DNA of 64,000 bases from Candidatus Brocadiia bacterium (GTDB taxonomy: Bacteria > Planctomycetota > Brocadiia > CAIUPP01): the NCBI GenBank assembly GCA_050015075.1, contig JBEKCB010000004.1:1-64000 (forward strand), read 5' to 3'. The position numbers and the translations under genes are program-made. The notes beneath the pieces were generated by a model, which saw only the letters and a list, made by a program, of their open reading frames with translations, searched no databases and had not been told where the DNA came from. Within the stretch, counting starts at the first letter, position 1. The number at the start of each line of letters is the position of its first letter. Positions 10,098-17,986 of this stretch are shown one piece after another.

Positions 10098-12070
10098 TGG
10101 GAAACTCCTTGCACGGAGGGACTTTCGGAAAGGACCTGCCCGGCCTCGACGAATTCGATCGTCACTTTCGGGCGCACCGCGCGCGCCCGCTGCACGGCGG
10201 CGGTCAGGACTTGCTTGGCCCGTTGCTGACCGCTCGCGTGCTTGCAGGCAGCCGGGCTGCAAAGCACGACTCGGATTTCCTCTATCCCGTTCGCGATCAG
10301 GCGCAGAAGGTCGCGAGCGGCGAGGTGCGTGACGCACGGCACCCGGAGGTGAACGGCAGCGGCGTCGGACTCGCTCTTTGACGTCGCCGCGTGCGCACAC
10401 GTCACCACTGCGGCGCGTGGGCGCGCAGGCCTGGCGACGTCAAGGTTGCGGTCAATCTGCTCGCGGAACTGTTCGCGGGTCCAGTGTCCCACCGTGATTG
10501 CGCCCTGGGGACACTCCGCCGCACACAGGCCGCATGCCTGGCAAGTCTCCGGCGCCGCGACCATCTTCTTCTGTATCGTGATGCCGTCGAGCGGACAGAG
10601 GCGGAAACAGGCGAGGCAGGAAGCGCATTTGACCTCGTCAATCGTCGGCCCGGACCCGCAATTCAGGCAGCGGCCGGCTTCCGTCAGCGCCGCGGCCTGA
10701 TCGTAACCGAGTTCGTGCTCATGGAACCCCGCGAGCCGCTCCGGGCCGGGAACCTGGGGCATCGGCATGCGGTCGAGGCGATGGAGCTTGTCGTGCGCCG
10801 CTTTCGGGAACTCGCCGACAATCGCGCGGTCTTCCGGCGGCGGACTCTTCATGATTCCAGTCCGCAGGAACTGGTCCACGATGGCGGCAGCCCGGCGGCC
10901 GTCCGCAATCGCCTGGATGGCGCTGCCGGGCCCGTTGAGGACCTCGCCTGCGAGAAACACGCGCGGCTCGCTCGTGCTGTGCAATTCCCTGTCGGCGACA
11001 ATCCGGCCGCGTCGGTCCAACTTCACCGGCGAACCGAGAGTCCAGCTTGTGTCGCCCGCCTGGCCGATTGTCAGCACCACCATGTCGGCGGCGACCGCCT
11101 TCACGTGGGCGGGATCGTACTGAGGGCTGAACCGCTTTTTGTCGTCGAAGACCCGAGTGACGCGCATCAATTCGAGACCCGCGACATGGCCGTCCTTCTT
11201 CAGCACCCGTTTCGGAGCCCAGGACGGCATCAGGCCGATGCCCTCTTCCGTGGCGGCGGCGATCTCCTCTTCGGAAGCGGGGATCTCGGCGTGCGACTCC
11301 ATGCAGGCCATCGTCACCTGCTCCACCCCGAGGCGGCGCAGGGTTCGAGCCACGTCCACGGCCACGTTGCCGCCGCCGATCACCAGCGCTTTGCGGCCTA
11401 CCGGCACGGGATTTCCGGCCCACACATCCATCATCAGGGGAATGGCAGCGACAAACCGCTCCGCGCCGAAGCCGGGTAAGGCCAGGCCGCGGCTGCGCGA
11501 CAGGCCGGCGCACACGATGATCGCCTGGTATCCGTCAGCCTGGAGATCGGAAAGTTGCACGTCGCGGCCGATCTCGCAATTGCACTTGAGCTCTATCCCC
11601 CGCGCGAGGATCGCCTCCACGTCCTTCCTCAAAATGCGCTCGGGAAGCCTGTACTTCGGGATGAGATTCAGCATGCCGCCCGGGTGTGCCAGTCGCTCGA
11701 GGACGGTGACTCCATACCCCATCTCCCGCAAGTCCTGCGCGGCGGTCAGGCCGGACGGCCCTGCGCCGACGATGGCGATCTTGCCACGGGTCACGGGCAC
11801 CAACTCCATAGCCGGGGCCGGCGCGGTCTCGATCTCCGTGACGAAGCGTTTCAACTCCTTCAGCGCCACGGCGGCGTCCAGCGCTCCACGGCGGCATTTT
11901 GCCTCGCAGGGGTGCTGGCATATCCGGCCGCAGACGGAAGGGAACGGGTTGACCTTTCGGATCACCTGGAGCGCTTCCTCGAACCTGCCCCAAGCGATCA
12001 AGTTCACATATTCCCGCGTGTCGGTGCGGACCGGGCATGCGGCCTGGCAAGGGGGAAACGGGCGTTCCAC
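10094..12070 (-). CDS. GltD/NfnB-like FAD/NAD(P)H oxidoreductase fused to a 2x[4Fe-4S] ferredoxin domain and a C-terminal MvhD/FlpD-like domain
   Basis: CQAACP..CGRICQHPCEAKC; GAGPSG; GGGNVAVD; EAGRCLNC; CASCLACFRLCP and CQACGLCAAECP; VTC..RVPC..LCSPAACKH. Confidence 0.85.
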   Translation of the reverse strand: MERPFPPCQAACPVRTDTREYVNLIAWGRFEEALQVIRKVNPFPSVCGRICQHPCEAKCRRGALDAAVALKELKRFVTEIETAPAPAMELVPVTRGKIAIVGAGPSGLTAAQDLREMGYGVTVLERLAHPGGMLNLIPKYRLPERILRKDVEAILARGIELKCNCEIGRDVQLSDLQADGYQAIIVCAGLSRSRGLALPGFGAERFVAAIPLMMDVWAGNPVPVGRKALVIGGGNVAVDVARTLRRLGVEQVTMACMESHAEIPASEEEIAAATEEGIGLMPSWAPKRVLKKDGHVAGLELMRVTRVFDDKKRFSPQYDPAHVKAVAADMVVLTIGQAGDTSWTLGSPVKLDRRGRIVADRELHSTSEPRVFLAGEVLNGPGSAIQAIADGRRAAAIVDQFLRTGIMKSPPPEDRAIVGEFPKAAHDKLHRLDRMPMPQVPGPERLAGFHEHELGYDQAAALTEAGRCLNCGSGPTIDEVKCASCLACFRLCPLDGITIQKKMVAAPETCQACGLCAAECPQGAITVGHWTREQFREQIDRNLDVARPARPRAAVVTCAHAATSKSESDAAAVHLRVPCVTHLAARDLLRLIANGIEEIRVVLCSPAACKHASGQQRAKQVLTAAVQRARAVRPKVTIEFVEAGQVLSESPSVQGVSQ

Positions 12071-12072
12071 TA

Positions 12073-12504
12073 TCAGTGCTCCTGGGATAAAGCGGTCTTC
12101 GTGGGGCGTGGGTCAGGCTGGCCGAGCATTCCTCGGACCTCGGCCATCAACGTTTCGGCGTCAACCGGTTTCTCAAGGAACCGGTCGGCCGGGAGCCACA
12201 GGCTGTCCGGCTCGAAGGCCATCTGGAACTGCCGGCCGACGGCGGACAAGACGAGAAGGCGGGAGTTCTTCAACGACGCGTCGGCGCGCAATTCCCTGCA
12301 CAACTCGAATCCCGCTTCCGGGCTCCCCATGATGATGTCCAGGATGACCAGGTCGGGCTTCTCGGCGCGGGCCAGCTCCAGGCCGCTTTGTCCATCGTAC
12401 GCCGCGCTCACTCGGTATCCCGCTTCCTCCAGGAGGAGTTTGTGGGCGGTCACGAGTTCCCGATCATCGTCAATCAGAAGTACACTTTTCGCCGGGGCGC
12501 TCAT
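12073..12504 (-). CDS. Stand-alone response regulator receiver
   Basis: LIDDD, LVILDIIM, FLEKPVD; no output domain. Confidence 0.9.
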   Translation of the reverse strand: MSAPAKSVLLIDDDRELVTAHKLLLEEAGYRVSAAYDGQSGLELARAEKPDLVILDIIMGSPEAGFELCRELRADASLKNSRLLVLSAVGRQFQMAFEPDSLWLPADRFLEKPVDAETLMAEVRGMLGQPDPRPTKTALSQEH

Positions 12505-12527
12505 CTGCCAGACCTCTCCTGTTGGCG

Positions 12528-12917
12528 CTATTTCTTCACTCGAAGGCACCGCTTCACCGCGGCAACGAGGTCCTGCTGGACGGCGGTCTTCGGAAGGACC
12601 TCTTTCGCGCTGAGGGCGTGATCTTTCTCGAACGCGTACATCATCATCCCGGGGCTCTCGGCCACTGCGGTAACGAGGACGATTGGGATGTTGGAGTATT
12701 CCGGGCTCGCCGACAGTTCATCGCAGAAAGTGAACCCATCTTTCTCCGGCATCCGCACGTCCAGCAAGATCAGGTCCGGGTGGGTCTTCTTCAGATGTTT
12801 CGTCGCTGCGCCCGTGTTCTCCGCGGTGGCGACAGTGTACGACTCGGCTTCGAGCATCAGCTTTACCGCAAGAAGAAAATCCTTGTCATCGTCCACGACG
12901 AGTATTTTTGCTCCCAT
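12528..12917 (-). CDS. Stand-alone response regulator receiver
   Basis: VVDDD, ILLDVRMPEKDG, LVTAV, VLPKT. Confidence 0.9.
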   Translation of the reverse strand: MGAKILVVDDDKDFLLAVKLMLEAESYTVATAENTGAATKHLKKTHPDLILLDVRMPEKDGFTFCDELSASPEYSNIPIVLVTAVAESPGMMMYAFEKDHALSAKEVLPKTAVQQDLVAAVKRCLRVKK

Positions 12918-12973
12918 GTCTCTTCCTTCCACTGGTCTTGCGCTCATCTTCCCACCTTTGAACGCTTTACAGC

Positions 12974-13026
12974 TTGACGACCACGCTGCGATTTGCTACT
13001 ATACCACAGCGTGGTACGAGTGTCAA
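12974..13026. promoter_or_regulatory. Overlapping divergent sigma70-like promoters with a palindrome
   Basis: +: TTGACG(12974)-17-TACTAT(12997); -: TTGACA(13026)-17-TATAGT(13003); TACCAC-agc-GTGGTA at 13002-13016. Confidence 0.65.
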
Positions 13027-13074
13027 CCTCGGGCGCGGGCGCCGAGAGACGCTTGGAAGAAGGAGGGCAAGCCT

Positions 13075-13530
13075 GTGGCCTATCTGATGATCGTGGATGA
13101 TGACGAGGCATTCACCGAGGCGATAGCCCTTGCCCTGCGCCACGAGGGGCACGAGATGGTCATCAAGTCCGAAACCGGCGCCGCGTTGGAAGAGATGCAA
13201 AGTCGCGCGCCCGACCTGGTCATCCTGGACGTGATGTTTCCTGAAGACGATTTCGCCGGGTTGGAGCTGGCGCGCGCAATGTACAGGCGCCGTGAGCTGA
13301 GCCGAATTCCCATCCTGATGCTGTCGGGGCTGAATCAGAAGCTCACCATGAAGTCCGGCGCCTCGGATTCCGACGCCGCCCGGCTGCCGGTCACCGAGTT
13401 TCTGGACAAGTCCCTGGACCTCGATGAACTGATAGGCAAGGTCAAGTCCTTTCTCCCGCCCGCGGTTCGCCAGGCGAACAGCTTGCCGGACCGGAACGCT
13501 GGGCCGAGGGAGACAGGGCAGCGCCTGTGA
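13075..13530 (+). CDS. Stand-alone response regulator receiver
   Basis: GTG start after GGAGG; IVDDD, LVILDVMFP, MLSG, FLDKS. Confidence 0.88.
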   Translation: MAYLMIVDDDEAFTEAIALALRHEGHEMVIKSETGAALEEMQSRAPDLVILDVMFPEDDFAGLELARAMYRRRELSRIPILMLSGLNQKLTMKSGASDSDAARLPVTEFLDKSLDLDELIGKVKSFLPPAVRQANSLPDRNAGPRETGQRL

Positions 13531-13606
13531 CTTCCCGCCGCCTTTTCGCAACAATTCTTCAGAGCGTTCCCAACCCGCCGCAGTACGAGCATGCGCGAAT
13601 CACCAC

Positions 13607-15352
13607 TTGACAGCGGCTGCTTCGACGTATAGTCTCGTCGTTGAAAGGCGATTGACCGCTTTTGCGCACGGAACTTCGGAGCCTCCCGGAATGGCGAACT
13701 CGCAGGCGCTCGCGGGGCTGCGTCCGGTTCAGGAATGGGTGAACCTCTTGCGTGACCCGGCCAGCCGCGCGTATGCTGCGCTCTCGGCGATCTACGGCGC
13801 GGACCGGCCGCTTCTGCGCGAGAAGGCTGCGTTCGTCCTCGACCTGCTCGACCTCTTCCCGCGCCTCTTTCCCGGCGACGCCCCGATCCTGCTCGTGCGC
13901 TCCGCCGGGCGGATCAACCTGATCGGCATGCATGTGGATCACCGCGGCGGCGTGGTCAACCCGATCGCCGTGCGCGAGACCTGGTGCCTCTGCCGGCCGC
14001 GCCAGGATGACACCCTCGATTGCGCGACTCCTCACGAGCGCCTGTTCCCGCGCCGAAAATTCTGCATTCGGCAGGAACTGGGATCGGAGAAGATCGAAGA
14101 CTGGGACCGCTGGACGCAGGCGCGGGCTGCGGAGCGCAAGGCCGCCGGCACCGCGGGCGACTGGATCAATTACATCAAGTCCGCCGCGCTCTACCTCGAA
14201 CACATTCGTCCGACTCTTCGCGGAGCGCCGGCGTCTCCGTTGCGCGGGGCGGACATGCTCATTGCGGGCACTCTGCCGCGCGGCGCCGGAGTCAGCTCGT
14301 CCTCCTCGGTCGTCGTCGTCGCTGCGGAGGCGCTAACCCACATCAACCGCCTGCCGATCTCCGACCCGGAGCAGGTGGAAATCTGCGGCCAGGCGGAATG
14401 GTACGTCGGCACGCGCGGCGGGTGCGGCGACCACGCCGCGATCAAGTTCGGCAAGTTCGGCCGCGTGTCGAGCCTCGGCTCGAATCCGCTGACCGTGGAC
14501 TCCGCGCCGTTCCCGGAGGACCTGCGCGTGGTGCTCTGCAATAGCCTGATCGAGGCCAACAAGTCGTCCACCGCGCGAGACGAGTTCAACAACCGGATCG
14601 CCTCGTACGAATTCGGCCTGCTGCTGCTGAGGAAACGAAATCCGGGACTCGCTCCGAAAATGCGGCAGTTGCGCGACGTGAATTGCGGATCTCTGGGGCT
14701 GACTGAGGCCGGAATCTGCCGTCTGCTGCTCGCCCTGCCGGGGCGGATGACGCGTGAGGAGATTCTCGCGGCGCTGCCCGAGCACGACGAGCGGATCCGG
14801 CATATTTTCGGCTCGCACGTGCCGCCGGCGCGCGGATACCCGGTCCGGCAAATCTGCGCCTTCGGGATGGCCGAATGCCTGCGGTCCGGCCTGGCGGCCC
14901 GGGCTCTGCATAGCGGAAACACGGCCGAGTTCGGCGAGATCGTCAATGTCTCGCACGACGGCGACCGCGTCACGCGCGTGGCCTCGTCCGGCCGGCGTGA
15001 GCCGCTGGACAAATCCATGCCGGATCGGCTCATCGAGGCGCGCGCCGCGGACCTGGAGAGCGGCGATCCGGCCCGCGCGGCGGGCGCGGCGCTCTGGAGG
15101 ATGCCCGGCGGATATGACGCGAGCCTTCCTGAACTCGATATTCTGGTGGATGCCTCTCTGGCGACTCATGGCGTGGTGGCCGCCCGGGTGGTCGGAGCCG
15201 GCCTCGGCGGCGCGGTGCATGCGATTGTGCATAAGGACTGTGTCGCCGACCTGCTCAAGAACGTCGCCGGCAGCTATTACGAGCCCCGCCGCCTTGAAGT
15301 CGCCGCCGAAGTCTACTCGCCGGTTGGCGGTTCGGGCGTCTTCGCGGTATGA
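13607..15352 (+). CDS. GHMP sugar kinase (galactokinase family); start may be ATG 13691
   Basis: SAGRINLIGMHVDHRGG, PRGAGVSSSS, GGCGDHAA, GAGLGG. Confidence 0.85.
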   Translation: MTAAASTYSLVVERRLTAFAHGTSEPPGMANSQALAGLRPVQEWVNLLRDPASRAYAALSAIYGADRPLLREKAAFVLDLLDLFPRLFPGDAPILLVRSAGRINLIGMHVDHRGGVVNPIAVRETWCLCRPRQDDTLDCATPHERLFPRRKFCIRQELGSEKIEDWDRWTQARAAERKAAGTAGDWINYIKSAALYLEHIRPTLRGAPASPLRGADMLIAGTLPRGAGVSSSSSVVVVAAEALTHINRLPISDPEQVEICGQAEWYVGTRGGCGDHAAIKFGKFGRVSSLGSNPLTVDSAPFPEDLRVVLCNSLIEANKSSTARDEFNNRIASYEFGLLLLRKRNPGLAPKMRQLRDVNCGSLGLTEAGICRLLLALPGRMTREEILAALPEHDERIRHIFGSHVPPARGYPVRQICAFGMAECLRSGLAARALHSGNTAEFGEIVNVSHDGDRVTRVASSGRREPLDKSMPDRLIEARAADLESGDPARAAGAALWRMPGGYDASLPELDILVDASLATHGVVAARVVGAGLGGAVHAIVHKDCVADLLKNVAGSYYEPRRLEVAAEVYSPVGGSGVFAV

Positions 15353-15406
15353 TGGTTCTCGCCTGGGTCCTGTTCGATCACAATCACGATTGAGATAAGG
15401 CGTCCT

Positions 15407-17974
15407 ATGTCGTCGGAGGTTTATTCCATCGCGATGGCGGCCGGAGCGAGCAGTCGCATGCCGCCGGAACTGCGCCCGAAGGCATGCTGCCAGGTCGGCA
15501 CGATCTCGGTCATCGAGTATGCCCTGCAGACGTACGAGCAGGCGGGGATCCACAAGCACGCCGTCGTCGTCGGGCGCGGCGGCGAGAAGGTGATGGACAC
15601 GCTCAGCGGCAAGGGCTACCACGTCCTCTTCGCGTATCAGACGCAGCCCAAGGGGACCGGCGACGCGGTGCGCTGCGCGGTGGAGATGCTCGCGGGCATT
15701 GACAGCCCGGAGTACGTGCTCATCGCCGCCGGCGACAAGGTCATCGCGCCTGAAGTGATCCGCGGACTGATGGAGAGTTTCGCCGCATCGGGCAACGACC
15801 TGTGCCTGGTCGCCGGCCGCAGCAGCGATTATCCCGGCGCGGGGCGGATCGTCCTGCGCGAAGGGCACGCACAGGCGATCATCGAGGTGCCGGACATCAA
15901 GGTCCGGCAGCTCGCCGCGCGGCTTAGGTCCCCGGCGACCAACGCGACGATAACGGCGGGCGAACTCGCCGCGCTCGCCGAGCAATACGTCAGCGTGAAG
16001 AAGCTCGGCACGGTTTTTCCCGCCTTGAAGCGGCTGACCGCCGGCTCGCCCGAGAAGAAAGTCCCGTGGGAGACGGTCGCGGCGGCCGCGGAGGAAATCC
16101 CCGACGCCTTCGACCTGCCTTGCGGCCTGGTGCCGGTGCAGGAAGCGTTTGAGGCGACCTGGGCGAACCTCAGCGTCTACGCGGGCCGATTCGCGGCCAT
16201 CCGCAGCGCCGTCGAGCAACTCCGCTCGGACAACGTGCAGCGCGAGTGGTACCTCACGGACATCGTGAAGATTCTCGCTTCCAAGGGCGGCGCCGTCGGC
16301 CTGTTCCGGGTGCAGAACCCGGAGGAGTGCATGGCCTTCAACACGGTGCAGGAGCTCGAAGAGGTCCGGAAAGTCTACGCGTTGCGCTCCATCAGCGCCG
16401 AGAAGTATCCCGGCGTCGAAACCTGGGCGAACTGCTTCGCCGCGCGCAACGAGAAGGGATTGCTCGCGCAGGCGGTCGAGGGACTCGGCCGGCGGATCGG
16501 TTCGACGAAGACCTGCATCCTCGTGCGGTCGCCCGGCTTGATCAACCTGATGGGCCGGCACATTGACCACCAGGGCGGCCTGTGCAACATGATGGCGATT
16601 GACCGCGATATCGTGCTGGCCGCCGCGCTCCGCGACGACGACCGGGTCAACCTGTGGAACGCCTCCGAGCGCGACTACCCGCACCGCACGTTCACCTTCA
16701 GCGAGCTGGCGACCGACATCGTGTGGGAGGACTGGCGGCGCACGCTCAACACGCAATTCATGCAGCGCTATGTTTCGAAGGCCGCCGGCGACTGGGTGAA
16801 CTACGTCAAGGGCGCCGCCCTGCGGCTGCAGCACCGCTTCCGCGACCGCAAACTGCGCGGCATGGACGCATTCGTCTGCGGCAACATCCCGGCGGCCGGC
16901 GGACTGAGTTCCTCCTCCGCCCTCGTCGTGGCGACGGCCGACGCGCTGGTCGAGCTCAACGCGCTCAACGTCGGCGTCCAGGAATTTGTGGACCTCTGCG
17001 GCGAAGGCGAATGGTTCGCCGGGCAGCGCGGCAGCAACGTGGACCACGCGGCGATCAAGTTCAGCCGCGCGAACGAGGTCCTCACGGTGTCGTTCTTCCC
17101 GTTCGAGATCGCCGCGCATCATCCGTTCCCGCCCGACTGCGCGCTGATGGTCTGCGACTCGGGCGCTTCCTCGATGAGGGCGGAGAATGCGCGAGCGCGG
17201 TTCAATTCACGCATCGCCTGTTTCCACATGGCGCGGGAGATCATCAAGAAGAAATTCCCGGCGTTTGCGCCGCGGATCGAGCACCTTCGCGATATCAATG
17301 CGCGCCGGCTCGATATCACGCTGCCGGCGCTCTACGCGCTCGTCAAGGAACTACCGCTTCAGGTTCAGCCCGATGAGGTTGAGCGGATGGCGCGAGAGTA
17401 TCCATCCGTCGCCATGTCTGTGAGCGCGCTCGACGTGCGGGCGCATGAGTTCCCGGTGCGCGGCGTGGCGCTCTACGGCCTGGCCGAATGCGAGCGCGCG
17501 ATGAGGGCCGGCGAGCTGCTGCAGGGGAACGAGGCCGCGGCGCTCGGCGGAATGATGAATCTCTCTCACGACGGGGAACGCGTTGCGCAATGGAGCCCGA
17601 AGCAGGCGCCGTTCGACTGCGCGGCGACAGACGCGGTGCTGGACCGGCTGGCGCGGAACGCCGCGTCGCTGCGGCCGCTCGCGGAGTGCGGCGCGGCGCT
17701 GTGGCAGCAGCCCGGCTCCTACGCGTGCAGCACGCCGGAGGTGGACCGGATGGTGGACATCGCCAGGGAATGTCCCGGGACGCTGGGCGCGCAGATCGCC
17801 GGCGTCGGACTCGGCGGGTGCGTGATGATCCTGGTCCAACGGGAATCCGCGGCCGAGGCGCAGGATCTTCTGAGACGGAAATATTACGAGCCTCAGGGCA
17901 TCGAGCCGCGCATGTTCGTGTGCCGGCCGACGCATGGCAGCCAGACGTTCACCACCATCGAAGCCGAACGGTAA
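15407..17974 (+). CDS. Fusion of GlmU-like nucleotidyltransferase and galactokinase-like GHMP domain
   Basis: MAAGASSRM..PK, QPKGTGDAV, DNVQREWYLTDIV; then PGLINLMGRHIDHQGG, PAAGGLSSSS, GVGLGG. Confidence 0.85.
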   Translation: MSSEVYSIAMAAGASSRMPPELRPKACCQVGTISVIEYALQTYEQAGIHKHAVVVGRGGEKVMDTLSGKGYHVLFAYQTQPKGTGDAVRCAVEMLAGIDSPEYVLIAAGDKVIAPEVIRGLMESFAASGNDLCLVAGRSSDYPGAGRIVLREGHAQAIIEVPDIKVRQLAARLRSPATNATITAGELAALAEQYVSVKKLGTVFPALKRLTAGSPEKKVPWETVAAAAEEIPDAFDLPCGLVPVQEAFEATWANLSVYAGRFAAIRSAVEQLRSDNVQREWYLTDIVKILASKGGAVGLFRVQNPEECMAFNTVQELEEVRKVYALRSISAEKYPGVETWANCFAARNEKGLLAQAVEGLGRRIGSTKTCILVRSPGLINLMGRHIDHQGGLCNMMAIDRDIVLAAALRDDDRVNLWNASERDYPHRTFTFSELATDIVWEDWRRTLNTQFMQRYVSKAAGDWVNYVKGAALRLQHRFRDRKLRGMDAFVCGNIPAAGGLSSSSALVVATADALVELNALNVGVQEFVDLCGEGEWFAGQRGSNVDHAAIKFSRANEVLTVSFFPFEIAAHHPFPPDCALMVCDSGASSMRAENARARFNSRIACFHMAREIIKKKFPAFAPRIEHLRDINARRLDITLPALYALVKELPLQVQPDEVERMAREYPSVAMSVSALDVRAHEFPVRGVALYGLAECERAMRAGELLQGNEAAALGGMMNLSHDGERVAQWSPKQAPFDCAATDAVLDRLARNAASLRPLAECGAALWQQPGSYACSTPEVDRMVDIARECPGTLGAQIAGVGLGGCVMILVQRESAAEAQDLLRRKYYEPQGIEPRMFVCRPTHGSQTFTTIEAER

Positions 17975-17986
17975 GTTGAGAGTTAC

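Noticed and set aside
10094-12070. Glutamate synthase small subunit (gltD)
   Set aside because: No gltB adjacent; extra ferredoxin and MvhD domains and coupling to metV indicate another role
14333-17122. Long antisense ORFs (929 aa here; also 3935-5803, 48847-50838, 57959-60133)
   Set aside because: Shadows of high-GC genes on the opposite strand; no motifs, Arg/Ala/Gly-rich
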